A stretch of DNA of 64,000 bases from an uncultured delta proteobacterium (GCA_963767925.1 CAVYGB010000002.1:1984001-2048000), one strand, 5' to 3'; numbered from the stretch's first letter, positions 1-12,175 are shown. Numbers and translations: made by a program. The notes: generated by a model from the sequence alone, not told the origin.

Positions 1-883
1 CGTGGGGTGTGAACTGGAAGTGCCAGCGCAGCTTGCCGCTGTCGGCGTCCACCGCCAGCAGGCAGTTCGAGTAGAGGTTGTCCCCCTTGCGCGCGTCGCC
101 GTTGTAGTCGGGCGAGGGGTTGCCGGTGCCCCAGTAGATGAGGTCGAGGGCGGGATCGTAAGAGCCGGTGACCCAGGTGGGCGCGCCCCCGGTGCGCCAG
201 CTCGAGCCCGACCAGGTGTCGTGGCCGGGCTCGCCCGGGCCGGGCACCGTCCAAAGGCGCCAGGCCCGCTTGCCAGTGCGGGCGTCGTAGGCGTCGAGGA
301 AGCCGCGGATGCCGAACTCGCCGCCCGAGATGCCGACGACGATCTTGTCCTTCACCGCCAGGGGGGCCACCGTCATCGAGTGGCCGGTGCGGTAGTCGGC
401 GACCTTGACCTCCCAGCGCACCTTGCCGGTCTTGAGATCCAGGGCCACCAGGTTGGCGTCGAAGGTGACGAAGAAGAGGGCGTCGTCCAGCACCGCCGGC
501 CCCCGGTTCACGGGGCCGCAGCAGCTCTTGACGTCGCGAGCGGCCGGGCGGCGGTAGCTCCAGAGCGGCCGCCCGGTGCGGCCGTCGAGGGCGGTCGCGA
601 TGTGCGGCTTCTCGGTCAGGTAGAGGACGCCGTCGATCACGATCGGCGAGGTCTCGAGCTTGCCCGCCTCGCGCGACTGGTACACCCAGACCGGCTTGAG
701 CCCGGCCACGTTGCCTGGATGGATCTGGGACAGCGGCGAGTGCCGCTGTCCGTTGTAGTTGCCCGAGTAGGTGAGCCAGTTGCCCGGCTCGGCCGCGGCG
801 TTGACGATCCGCTCGGCCGACACCCCCGCCGCGCCGGCCTGGGCGGTGGCCAGCAGCAGCACCAGGGCGGCGCCCCCGCCCAT
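1..883 (-). CDS. PQQ-dependent dehydrogenase, methanol/ethanol family (5' part; runs off the left edge)
   Basis: Translated by hand (absent from the ORF track): MGGGAALVLLLATAQA signal, NWLTYSGNYNGQRHSPL, ETSPIVIDG, vicinal-Cys SCCGPVNRG, ends WHFQFTPH. ATG 883 overlaps the upstream TGA. Confidence 0.93.
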   Translation of the reverse strand, partial: MGGGAALVLLLATAQAGAAGVSAERIVNAAAEPGNWLTYSGNYNGQRHSPLSQIHPGNVAGLKPVWVYQSREAGKLETSPIVIDGVLYLTEKPHIATALDGRTGRPLWSYRRPAARDVKSCCGPVNRGPAVLDDALFFVTFDANLVALDLKTGKVRWEVKVADYRTGHSMTVAPLAVKDKIVVGISGGEFGIRGFLDAYDARTGKRAWRLWTVPGPGEPGHDTWSGSSWRTGGAPTWVTGSYDPALDLIYWGTGNPSPDYNGDARKGDNLYSNCLLAVDADSGKLRWHFQFTPH

Positions 884-1773
884 CAGCGGCCCCCCCGCAG
901 CGAAGCGAGGAAGGCCACCAGATCCTGCAGCTCCCCGGGCGGCAGCGTCTCGGCGTAAGACGGCATCGGCGAGCGGCCCCAGTCCTTGTGGAGCTGCAGG
1001 AGGTCGCTCTTCCAGAACGACCGCACCTGGTTGCCCGCCTCGCGGATCTGGATCGAGAAGGTGTCCTCGTTGACGCGCACGCCGATGATCTCCTGGCCGC
1101 TCCGGGGTTGCAGCCGCACCTGCAGGAAGTTCTGGGTGATGAGGGCGTCGTCCCGGTAAGGCGACGCGCTCTTCGGCAGATCCGCCTCCGGGTCGGTCAG
1201 GGCGCTCGCCAGGTGGCGCGCTCCCCGGCGGGCCCCGATGTCGGTGAGCTCCGGTCCGGTGGCCCCGCCCGTCCCCCCGATGGCGTGACAGAGGGTGCAG
1301 CCCCCCTTGCCGAAGTACAGCTCCCGCCCGCGGGTGGCGTCGCCGGGCACCCGCTCGGGCGGGCGGCGGCCGAGCTGGAGGACCCAGTCGGCCACCAGGC
1401 GAGCCTGGTGGGGCTGCAGGTGGGCGTCGGGCATCTCGGTGCCGTCGATGCCGTCCTCGACGATGTCCAGCAGCGCGGCCCGGTCGGCGGCCCGCGCCAG
1501 CTTCGGCACCGCCAGCACCGGCCCCCGGCCGCCCTCGCCGTTGGGGCCGTGGCAGCTCGCGCACTCGCGCTGGTAGATCTTCTGCCCGTCCGCCTCGCCG
1601 CCCCGGGCCTTCGCCGGCGGCCGGGCCGGCGTCGCGCGCTCGGCCCGTGACGGAGGCTGGTGCTGGGCCCGGGCCGGTCCCGCCGCCAGGAGGAGCGCCC
1701 CGGCCAGCGCCAGCGCGGCGGCTCCGGTGGTCCGGAAGGAAGGTTCGGGGCTGCTCGGGCGCGCGGGCCTCAC
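883..1773 (-). CDS. Diheme c-type cytochrome with a C-terminal putative heme-binding domain
   Basis: Two CxxCH motifs (CASCH, CTLCH), GPELTDIG, SPMPSY, signal peptide. GTG start at about 1773 is inferred. Confidence 0.88.
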   Translation of the reverse strand: MRPARPSSPEPSFRTTGAAALALAGALLLAAGPARAQHQPPSRAERATPARPPAKARGGEADGQKIYQRECASCHGPNGEGGRGPVLAVPKLARAADRAALLDIVEDGIDGTEMPDAHLQPHQARLVADWVLQLGRRPPERVPGDATRGRELYFGKGGCTLCHAIGGTGGATGPELTDIGARRGARHLASALTDPEADLPKSASPYRDDALITQNFLQVRLQPRSGQEIIGVRVNEDTFSIQIREAGNQVRSFWKSDLLQLHKDWGRSPMPSYAETLPPGELQDLVAFLASLRGGR

Positions 1774-1817
1774 GTCGTCCCGGCTGTCATACCCCAGGAC
1801 GTCGCCCAGGTTTAGCC

Positions 1818-2309
1818 CTATGTCCGGGCGGGCGTGCCGGCAACGTTCCCCGCGAGGGCCGCGAGGCGCCGCGCGATCTCGGGGAGGGCGGTGCTCGAGG
1901 AGATGACCTCGAGCGGCGCGTGCGTCCGCTCGAGGAAGCGCACCTGGTTGTCGTCGTCGATGTCCGCGAACAGCAAGGTGGGCAGCTTCACCCCGGCCAC
2001 CCGCAGCGCGCGCAGGATGAGGATCCCCTGCACCTCGGCCAGCCGCCGCCGGGTCTCCTCGGGCCACACCTCGGCGCCGCTGGCCGCCCCCGACTCGTCG
2101 ATCAGGCGCTCGGGCGGGGCGCGCCGGAAGTCCAGGTCCAGCAGCAGGGCGGCGGCGTCGGGCGGGGCCCCGAGCTGCTCTTGCAGCTCGGCGTAATGGC
2201 CGGCCCGGTCGAAGCGGAACGAGCCGCCCAGCAGCCGCACGAACCGCTCGCTGTATTCGTGGCCGTCTTCACAGACCAGGAAGCGAGGGGGATCGCGCGG
2301 CGCCGACAC
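1818..2309 (-). CDS. Stand-alone atypical receiver-domain protein
   Basis: FLVCED and LLLDLDF motifs; insertion after the Asp resembles the receiver of the sigma54 activator at 6550-8316. Confidence 0.65.
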   Translation of the reverse strand: MSAPRDPPRFLVCEDGHEYSERFVRLLGGSFRFDRAGHYAELQEQLGAPPDAAALLLDLDFRRAPPERLIDESGAASGAEVWPEETRRRLAEVQGILILRALRVAGVKLPTLLFADIDDDNQVRFLERTHAPLEVISSSTALPEIARRLAALAGNVAGTPART

Positions 2310-2317
2310 GGCGCCGC

Positions 2318-3445
2318 TCAGAACGCGCCCGAGAAGACCGCCACGCCGCCCGCTCCGGACGGGGCCACCCCCAGCGCGTAGCCGGAGCGGCCGAGCGCCA
2401 TCGCGCTGCCCGAGTCGGAGAAGTAATACAGCACGCCGGCGCCGATGATGGACGCCGCCCCCAGGCCCAGCAGGACCCGCGAGCCCAGGTAGATCTGGCG
2501 GATGCGGTCGACCCGCTTCTGGGCGCAGTTGGGGCGGCAGCTATCGAGCCGCTCGGTCCCGCCGTTGGCGATGGCGGTGCCGACGAAGAAGCCGCCCACC
2601 GCCAGGACCCCGCCGCCCGCCAGCAACATGCTCGTGAGGGTGATCTGGCGGCTGCCCGTGCGCCCGCTCTGGTCGGGCGGCGCCTCCGGCGGCTCCTCGT
2701 CCGGATCGACCGCCGGCCGCACCAGCGAGGCCGGCGACAGCTCCGCGCTGCTGGAGGACTCGGTCGACTCGCTCGCTTCGGAGGACTCGCTCGCTCGGGA
2801 GGACTCGCTCGACCCGCTGGCGCTGCTGGCAGCGCCGACCGACTCGAGGGGATCGGCGGGGGGCGGGGCGGCCGCGGTGAGCGGGATGCTGGACTTGGCC
2901 AGGGCGTTGCCCCCCGCCTGCAGCGAGACCTCGATGGTGCGGTTGCGCTGGCCCTGGACGAAGACCGTCTCGAAGCTGGCGAGCACGTCGCTCCCCGAAC
3001 GAAACGACAGCAGGTGGCGGCCCGGATCCACCGGCACCGCCCGCCCGTCGGTCTTGGCCTTCAGCACCTCGCCGTCGAGCAACATGGTCACGTCGGTGAC
3101 GGCCTTGCCCGCCTCGCTGAGGATGATCGGCACGATGGTGGGGATGTCGTTCTCGATGGTGATGACCCGCCGGGCGCACTCCCGCCGGACGTTGGGGCCA
3201 CAGGTCGCCACCGCACAGCGGAGCATGGTCGCCTTCGCCTGGCGCAGCTTGCCGGACTTGTAGAGCGCGTCGGCGTTGCGATAGGTGTTGATACAGGCTG
3301 GGTTGCCGCCCCCGCCCCCGCCCCCTGCTGCCGGGCCCCTGCGCGCCCGCCGAGGAGCGCCTTCGCCGATGGTGACGTTCAACAGCAAGACGGCGGCGCA
3401 AGCCGCAACCTGGACGGTTCGCCTCAGCAGAATCTGGTGCAGCAT
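2318..3445 (-). CDS. Myxobacterial secreted/membrane protein (TPR-like N-terminus, PEGA-like middle, C-terminal hydrophobic segments)
   Basis: Signal peptide, Cys-patterned helical region, VPVDPGRH beta domain, Ser-rich linker, ends GAF. Confidence 0.65.
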   Translation of the reverse strand: MLHQILLRRTVQVAACAAVLLLNVTIGEGAPRRARRGPAAGGGGGGGNPACINTYRNADALYKSGKLRQAKATMLRCAVATCGPNVRRECARRVITIENDIPTIVPIILSEAGKAVTDVTMLLDGEVLKAKTDGRAVPVDPGRHLLSFRSGSDVLASFETVFVQGQRNRTIEVSLQAGGNALAKSSIPLTAAAPPPADPLESVGAASSASGSSESSRASESSEASESTESSSSAELSPASLVRPAVDPDEEPPEAPPDQSGRTGSRQITLTSMLLAGGGVLAVGGFFVGTAIANGGTERLDSCRPNCAQKRVDRIRQIYLGSRVLLGLGAASIIGAGVLYYFSDSGSAMALGRSGYALGVAPSGAGGVAVFSGAF

Positions 3446-3529
3446 GCCAAACCTCGTCGTCGTCGTCGTCGTTCGAGCCGAAGGCCGATCCTTAATACAC
3501 GGGCCGGGCGCTTCAACTCCTAATCGTCG

Positions 3530-6500
3530 TCAAGGGCCGTCAACCGCCGCCGATTCGCGGGCGATCGGGAAGGCGGCCCCGATGGCCTTGTAAAAGGGCG
3601 GTGATTCGCGTCGGACGACGAGGTGCCCGCCCCAGCGTCGGACCAGGTCGCGCACGATGCCGAGCCCCCGGTCGCCGTCGCGGCGCTCGATGTCGTCGAG
3701 GGCGACGCTGGTGGGCGCCGAGTCGGCCACCAGGAAGGTGACCAGGCGCCGCCCCGCCGCGTCCTGCGTCTCCTCGACCCGCAGCAGGACACGCGGATCG
3801 GCGGCGCCCCCGGCGGCCACCACCGCGTTTCGAACCAGGTTGGCGACGATGGTCTCCAGCGCCGCCGGCGTGACGGGGAGGTCGACGTCCAGCGCGGCCA
3901 GGTGCAGGCCGGGCGTGACCGCCGCCGGCCGGCCGGTGCGCCCCGCCCGGTCGGCCACCGGCCGCAGCCAGCTCGCCACCGAGGCCGGGTCGAGCCGGGT
4001 GCGGGGCGCCGCCGCCAGCAACGCCGCCAGGGCCGGGCCGCGCTCCTCGCGCAGCTCGCGATCGAGCGCCAGCAGCTCGCGGTCGCCCGCCCGGCTGGCG
4101 CTGCCTGCGGCCAGCAGCGCCTCGGCCCGGGCCAGGGCGCCGTGCAGGGGACCGAACACCGGCTCGCGGGCCAGCGGGACCACCGCCACCCCCGCCGCCG
4201 CCGCCGCCCGGCGCAGCCGCTCGAAGGCGGTGGCCACCGCGGCCGAGGCCGGGCTGGGCTCGAGCAGGGCGCGCGCCACCTCGGACCTCGGGGCGTCGGG
4301 CGCGCTCAGCATGCCCAGCGCGCTCGCCCGGTGCTTGAGCACGTCGTGGCGGATCTCGGCCGCCGCCAGCGCCACCTCGGGGTACAGGTCGGGCAGGCGG
4401 GCCAGGGCCCGCGCCACCGATCGGCCACGCAGCCGGCGCGCCAGCAGGAGGGCGGCGATCAGCAAAAGCGCCCCCGCCGCCACGACCATCCCGGTCCGCA
4501 CCCGGGCCGCCTGGGCCACCTGCCGGTCCTCGGCCTGCGCGTGCCAGGTGGGCAGCGCCCGCGCCGCCTCCTCGCGCATTGGATCGTCGGCCCCGGTGGC
4601 GCGCAGGAAACGCTCGCCCGCCGCCACCGCCTCGTCCCAGCGCTCCTGCGCCGCTGCCTCCCGGGCCAGCGCCCAGTCCGCCGCAGGCACCCCGGCCGCG
4701 CGCGCGGTTTGCAGATCCGCGGCGAGGGCGCGGTCCGGGCCTGCCTCGGGCGGGCGGCGGGCGGCGAGGCGGGCGATGCGGTCGAGCGCGGTCCGGCGCT
4801 CGCCCTCCTTGCCCGCGGCCAGCGCCTTGCGGTGACAGTCGAGCGCGTCGGCGGTCCGCTCCTGGTACTCGGCGATGCGCCCGAGCTCGATCAGCCACTC
4901 GGTCGCCACCCCGGCCCGGCAGCGTCCCCCCAGCGTGCGGGCCGCCTCCTCGGGCCGGCCGGCCAGGAGCTGGCGGCGCGCCCAGGCCACCGGCGTCCCC
5001 TCGCGCAGGGTCGGCTCGAGGTTCGCGCGCAGGGCCCGCGCCTCGGCCAGCCGGGCCGGCTCCACCTGCGAGCCGACGTAGGCGGTGAGATCGGCGAGCG
5101 CCCCCGCGCTGTCCCCCTCGCCCGCGCGCAGGACCGCCCGCTCGAAGCGCGCCTCCACCGCCCCCAGCGCCACCGCCCGATCGAGCCAGGGCTCCACCAT
5201 GCGGAGCACGTCGTCGTCGTGGCGGATCTTCAGCAGCTCGGTGGCCAGCCGGGCCAGCCCCTCGCCGTCGCCCCACAGCGCCACCACCGTGGGCCGCCCG
5301 ATGGCCCCGCCGAGCGAGAACAGCGAGGCGGCCGCCTCGACGTAGCCGGGCGAGTCGGCCAGCGCCTGGGCCAGCGCGGTCTGGGCCATCGAGGGGACGT
5401 CGTGGGCGATCCAGCGCTGCGCCTCGGACAGGAGGGCCTGCGCCCGCGCCGACGGAGGGCGGCCGGCCCGGGGCGCCTGGCCGCTGCCGGCGGGCGCGAT
5501 CTTGCTGGCCAGCTTGCGGCGCACCTCGCGCAGGTCGTTCCAGGAGGGCTCGAGGGCCAGCGCCTTGCGCAGGGCCTCGTCGGCCCGGGCGGCCTCCAGG
5601 CTGCCGCCGTGCTCGGCGAGGATGGTGCCGAGCAGCCGCCAGGCGCCGGCGTGCGAGGGGCGGAGCTGCAGGAGCAGCAGCAGCTCGCGCCGGGCCTCGT
5701 CGTGGCGGGCCAGCGCCACCAGGGCCCGCGCCCGCAGGAACCGCGCCCCGCTGGCGGTGGGGTGCTGCTGCACGAGGCCCCCCGCCAGATCGAGCGTCAG
5801 CTCGGCGTGGCCATCCAGCAGGTGCTCGCCGGCCCGGCGCAGGGTGCTGGCCGCGGCCGGCGGCAGCGTGGCCTCCGGCCAGTCGGCCAGGGCCAGCGCG
5901 CGCTCGTCCTCCTCGATGGCCCGCAAGGTGTCGTTGGCCCGCTTGCGGAGCTGCAGGGCCAGGCCGGCGGCGGGGAGCTGCGCGATCCGGCGGCGCGCCT
6001 CGGCCAGCCGCCCCACCCCGCGCTCGAGCTCGGCGGCGGCGATCAGCACGCTGTAGCGGCCGTGGGGATCCTCGCGCAGGGCCAGCATGGCCCGGTCGAT
6101 GAACGTGAAGATCTCCTCGCGCCGCTGCCAGCGCTCGGGGCTGTCGGTCATCAGCTCCAGGAGGTTGACGTAGGCCAGCCAGCGGCGGGGATCGAGGGCG
6201 ATGGCCTGGCGGTACATCCCCTCCGCCTCCCGCCGGGCCCCCAGCTTGGCGAGGGCGAAGCCGAGGTCGTTGGCGATGTGGGCCTGCCGGGGATCGAGGG
6301 CGTGGGCCCGGCGCAGCAGCTCGACCGCCTCGCCCAGCTGGCCGGCGTGCAGCCGGGACTTGCCCGCCGCGTGGTCGCGCGCGGCCGCCGCCGGATCGGC
6401 GGTCGGCTCGGCGGGGGCGGTCGGCGCTTGTGTCGCGGGCGCTGAGGGAGCTGCCGGCGCCGCCGCCGGTCCCGCGTCGGGCGGCGGCTGCCAGGCGGCC

Positions 6501-6549
6501 GGGGCCTGGGCCAGCGTGCCCCACAGCAGGGCGGCCGCGGCCGCGCCGG

Positions 6550-6553
<4 letters not shown>
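3530..6553 (-). CDS. TPR-repeat membrane sensor with a degenerate histidine-kinase module
   Basis: Likely start MTGAAAA (ATG 6553, overlapping the upstream stop); many TPRs (NDLGFAL, AWRLLG); one TM; EIRHDVLKH H-box, ANLVRNA N-box, GLGIVRDLV G2 box. Confidence 0.8.
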
Positions 6554-8316
<1,763 letters not shown>

Positions 8317-8335
8317 GTTCGTCCGGAACCGTGCC

Positions 8336-8674
8336 CTATTTCACGTTCCGGGCCAGCGCCTCGAAGGCCGGCTCGAGCGCCAGCACCCCCGCCAGATCCC
8401 CCCGCCCCGCCGCCGCCTCCACCCCCGCCACGGCCACCCCGAACGCCTCCAGCGGCGCCACCGGCAGTCCCGCTGGGGCAGCCGCCCGCAGCGCCTGCCA
8501 CAGCCCACCCGGCGTGGTCGCCCGCCCCTCGTCGTCGGTCAACGCGACAACCAGCTCCCCCGCTCGGACCGCGCCGCCGAGGTCCCGCCGATCCCGGGCC
8601 GGCCAGAGCAGCCGCTTGCAGAGGTCATGACGCACGCGCGCCAGCCAGGCCCGCACCCCGTCGTCGTCGCTCAC
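8336..8674 (-). CDS. Small hypothetical protein with an H-box-like RVRHDLCK motif
   Basis: First gene of the operon; motif matches the kinase IRHDVLK. Confidence 0.6.
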   Translation of the reverse strand: MSDDDGVRAWLARVRHDLCKRLLWPARDRRDLGGAVRAGELVVALTDDEGRATTPGGLWQALRAAAPAGLPVAPLEAFGVAVAGVEAAAGRGDLAGVLALEPAFEALARNVK

Positions 8675-8812
8675 GCAATATACATATCACATATCGTTAA
8701 TGTAGACCCCTCCCAGTTCCGTCTACCCCGTCCCCGTCCCCGTCCCCGTCCTCGCTCCGTTCCGTCGTTCCCGCTCCCGTTCCCGCTCTGCCCCGACGCC
8801 GCCCGCGAACCC

Positions 8813-8828
8813 CGGCACGCCCGCTGCA
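8813..8828 (+). promoter_or_regulatory. Probable sigma54 -24/-12 promoter
   Basis: CGGCACG-CCCG-CTGCA with canonical GG..GC spacing, about 33 bp before ATG 8861; AAGGA RBS in between. Confidence 0.6.
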
Positions 8829-8860
8829 ATCGACCGATCCGAAAGGAACTCGGTCCCAAA

Positions 8861-9259
8861 ATGTCCATCACCGGTCTCGCCTTCCTCATCGCCGCCACCT
8901 CTTTCGCCGGGGAGCTCGCCGCCCTGCCCGCGCCCCACGTCACCCTCGCCATCGGCTACCAGCTCGTGGGCCGCGAGCTCGCCCGCGTCGAGCGCGGCCA
9001 CGTCTTCGTGGCCGGCGACCGGGTGGTAGCCTGGTCCGCCGTGGCCGGCGTCCCCGCCGGCTTCATCGAGCACGTCTGGTCGCGCGACGGCGTCGAGATC
9101 GCCCGCCAGGTGCTCCCGGTCGGCTCGGGTCGCCGCTGGCGGAGCTGGTCCCGCCACACCGTCAAGCCCGGCAGCTACGAAGTCCGCCTCATCGGCCCCG
9201 ACGGCGCCGTCCTCGGCAAGACCCGCTTCGAGGTCGCCGAGCTGGAAGAGGACTGCTGA
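8861..9259 (+). CDS. DUF2914-like secreted protein
   Basis: Signal peptide; IEHVW...WRSWSRHTV.PGSYEVRL pattern. Confidence 0.75.
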   Translation: MSITGLAFLIAATSFAGELAALPAPHVTLAIGYQLVGRELARVERGHVFVAGDRVVAWSAVAGVPAGFIEHVWSRDGVEIARQVLPVGSGRRWRSWSRHTVKPGSYEVRLIGPDGAVLGKTRFEVAELEEDC

Positions 9260-9426
9260 CTGCTGACGACCGTCGCAAGAAGCCCCGTTCCCCGAGCCAA
9301 CGCCACACCCCGCGACCTCCACCTCCACGCGGCCGCGCCCAGCTGGCGCGGCCGCATTTGTCCCCTCCGCCGAGGGGCGCGCCCGGGTAAGATCGGGCTC
9401 GTGGGGCGCGGGGGCTGGCGTCGTGT

Positions 9427-10420
9427 GTGCTGATGGCGCTCGTCGGGAGCCTGCCGGCCGCCCGCGCCCAGCCCGGGCCCGATCTGCCGCTCGGGCGTTC
9501 CAACGTCGAGCTCACCAGCGCACTCTTCACCGGGGCGCCGCCGATCCCGAGCGGCGCCTGGTGGTCGCCAACCGCTCACGCTGAACGCCGACCTGAGCGA
9601 CCGGGCCGGCTTCGCCGGAGGGTTCGGCTGGGTCACCCTGAGTGAAAAGGACCGCGGCGGCCTCTGGGACAGCACCACCGCGATCGGCAACGGGTTCCTG
9701 ACCTTCTGGTGCCAGTTCGAGATCCCGCCGACCTGGCGTCTCTCGGTGGAGATCGCGGGCACCGCCGTGGCCGGCATCTCCGATGCGTCCCGGCCGGCGA
9801 TGCACGCGGCCTGGGACTCCTGGGTGTCGCCGACGGGAGGCTCGGGTTCGTGTTTCCGCTGCGGGCGGCGCGGGCCGCTGGGCTGGGCGGGCGGCCGGGG
9901 CAGGTCGAGCTGCAGAGCGGGCTTATCTTCATGCTCCCCCAGCAGAACGCCGAGGGCGACCCCTTCCGGAAGATGTTGCAGCTCGCTGGGCTACCGGCTC
10001 TGGCCGGGCGAGCGCTCTGCGCCCACCACCTTTACACCTCGGGCGAGGAGCCGAACGCCTGGGAGTCCCGCTCCGCTGGCGGGCGATTGGATCTGGCTGC
10101 TCTACGACGACAGCGCTCGGGTCTTCACCTTTTCTGGCGCTTGCGCGCGCCCGGGATCGCCGACTCGCCCCTGGGCCCCATGCTGCGCGCCGCCGCGAGC
10201 CGCCGGTGCTGAACGGCGACGACCTGCTGTTCTGGGAGGGCCCTCGATCCCGACCAGGTGCAGGCGGCGAAGGCGCGCCTCGTTTGCGCTCGTCCGGGAT
10301 TGAGCGGCATCGCCGTGACGCGAGCGGTCTTCAGCGAAGGCGCTGTCCCGATTTCTTGTCGCTCCCTCGGGTGCTCGGGCGATACCTTCGCGCTCCCTCC
10401 ATGCCGAGGCGATCGACCTT
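9427..10420 (+). pseudogene. Frameshifted secreted/outer-membrane protein gene (or sequence errors)
   Basis: Signal-like start; protein-like aromatic-rich segments hop between the + frames (GFAGGFGWVTL, GFLTFWCQF, VELQSGLIFML). Confidence 0.3.
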
Positions 10421-10564
10421 GGCGTTCAGCGGCGGGCAACCGAGGGAGCGGAGCGACTGAGGTGCTCGTCCGACTGCAACGCCTCAGCTGGGCGGGAAAT
10501 GAGGACGCAACGGTGGAGGCAAGCGACCTGACTGACGCGAGAAATGCGCCCCTGAACCTGAGGA

Positions 10565-11155
10565 TTAAACCCGTTCCCCAGTCGGCTTGCTTTGCCCGTG
10601 GAACTGGCTGTCGTTCCTTCTTGGAATGCCATCGACACGCTCGAAAATCAATTGTCCGATCGCGATGTCGGGATGGAGCATTATGTCGTGCAAACCAAAA
10701 TTCATTATTTCAAAGGTGATGGTACCCGTGAATCCGGCATGGATCGTGGGTGCCGTGAAGTGAATCAAAAGACCACATCGAGCGAATGAGCTTCTTCCTT
10801 CCACACGGGCAGCAATCGCGGGTCGTCCGTCCCGGATCGGAAGGGTAAGGGTCTCGACGGTATTTCCAAGCAAGAACTGCTGCGGCTTGAGCGCATATCC
10901 GCCGTCGCCATCCATTGTGACCTGTTTATAAATTTGACCGAGCAATTTCGGTAGTCCCCGACTTCGAAGGTCGAACGCGATGGGGCTCTTTTCTTTGCAA
11001 ATGCTCAGCGTCGGACCTAGTCGGATATTGACGGCGGTTGTGTCGTACGGCGAGTCTGGTTGCCCAAGAGAAGCGAATCTGGGGCGAGGCTCTGGATCGA
11101 TGAGGATGTCACCCTCGTCAATCGCGCGGTGAATCTCGACGTTTGACAGCACCAT
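10565..11155 (-). CDS. dcd: dCTP deaminase (trimeric dUTPase-fold family)
   Basis: MVLSNVEI start, VEGRSSFARCGL, TAPTIHAGFTGTITFEIMN, IGQLIFE; low-GC codon usage. Confidence 0.92.
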   Translation of the reverse strand: MVLSNVEIHRAIDEGDILIDPEPRPRFASLGQPDSPYDTTAVNIRLGPTLSICKEKSPIAFDLRSRGLPKLLGQIYKQVTMDGDGGYALKPQQFLLGNTVETLTLPIRDGRPAIAARVEGRSSFARCGLLIHFTAPTIHAGFTGTITFEIMNFGLHDIMLHPDIAIGQLIFERVDGIPRRNDSQFHGQSKPTGERV

Positions 11156-11157
11156 TG

Positions 11158-11415
11158 CTAGCGACCCGTCATGGCGTCTTTAGGGATTCTGGCGGTGGAC
11201 ATACCACCCTGAGATGGAACCTGGATGAGCGCGTTCCTTTCGTCCTCATCTAGCAACGTCACACTCAGAAGCTTTCGGCCTTCGTCAATCTGACCAGCAG
11301 TTACGAAAGCCGATACTTCCTCGCCCTCAGACGTTTTGAAGAAAACGGTCCTCTCGCTGGGAAACAACCCCTCCTCAACCCTCACTTTCAACCACCTTCT
11401 CTCCAGAGTCATCAT
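11158..11415 (-). CDS. Small hypothetical protein coupled to dcd
   Basis: GAGGAGG RBS, MMTLERRW start, stop 2 bp before the dcd ATG, same low GC. Confidence 0.75.
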   Translation of the reverse strand: MMTLERRWLKVRVEEGLFPSERTVFFKTSEGEEVSAFVTAGQIDEGRKLLSVTLLDEDERNALIQVPSQGGMSTARIPKDAMTGR

Positions 11416-11608
11416 CGATGGTCCTCCTCTGGCAGCGGTCAGCCACCCTGTAGCGTGAAGGTGCACTCGTCGGATCCGTCTGACTTCGACGGCCAGAGTA
11501 ATCTGGACAAAAGTTCAGGTCAAGGTTCCGCGAAAGATCAAGGGCCACCACGCAGGATGGTCGCATCGCTGGGCTTGACTTTCGTTCCGGAGGAACCGGG
11601 GTTGGCGT

Positions 11609-12175
11609 GTGCCGCCCAACGTTCCGCTTGGCGGCGCGGCCCTGGTGTCGTGGCTCCTCGCCGGCGGGACGGCCTGCCGGGAACCGGTGCGTGACGGCTT
11701 CCCGGCCTCGCTCGACCGGCGGTGTCCCGACGGCTTCGCGCTGCAAGGGGATCGCTGCTACCGGACGCCATCCGCGTCGCAGGCCCAGGACGCCGCCGCC
11801 GCTAATCCCGGCGCAGGCGGAGATGCCGCTGCGGGGCCGCCGCCGGGGACAGGCGGCGCCGATGCGCCCGCCGGCGCAGGGCCGCCGCCACCAGAAGCGG
11901 CGACCCTGGACGCGGCCGCCGAGCACGCCGCCGCCGACGTCGCCGGGGCGGCCGCCGATCCCCCGACCCCTGTGGGGGGGGCGCGTGCCTCGACGAGGTC
12001 GTACAGGTCGTCGCGGCCCCCAGCCATGCCTGCGCCCGGCGATCCGATGGATCGGTGTTCCGCTGAACTGCGGAGGGCCCCCGCCCCGCCGCGCGCGGCC
12101 GCTACTTCGATGCGGTGGCGGTGGCGCCGAGGTTCTGCAGGCGGGCCAGGTCGACCTTGCCGGCGGCCTCCTTGA
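11609..12175 (+). CDS. Putative lipoprotein with a Cys motif and Ala/Pro-rich tail (3' end uncertain)
   Basis: LLAGGTAC lipobox-like, CPDGFALQGDRC; 3' end overlaps the convergent gene. Confidence 0.4.
   Translation: MPPNVPLGGAALVSWLLAGGTACREPVRDGFPASLDRRCPDGFALQGDRCYRTPSASQAQDAAAANPGAGGDAAAGPPPGTGGADAPAGAGPPPPEAATLDAAAEHAAADVAGAAADPPTPVGGARASTRSYRSSRPPAMPAPGDPMDRCSAELRRAPAPPRAAATSMRWRWRRGSAGGPGRPCRRPP

Noticed and set aside
2..958. Plus-strand 318-aa ORF and the many similar long antisense/off-frame ORFs
   Set aside because: Shadow ORFs typical of high-GC DNA; the opposite strand or another frame holds recognisable motifs.
10565..11155. AvcD-type anti-phage dCTP deaminase
   Set aside because: No P-loop kinase domain and no HAE/PCxxC zinc motif; it is the dUTPase-fold Dcd.
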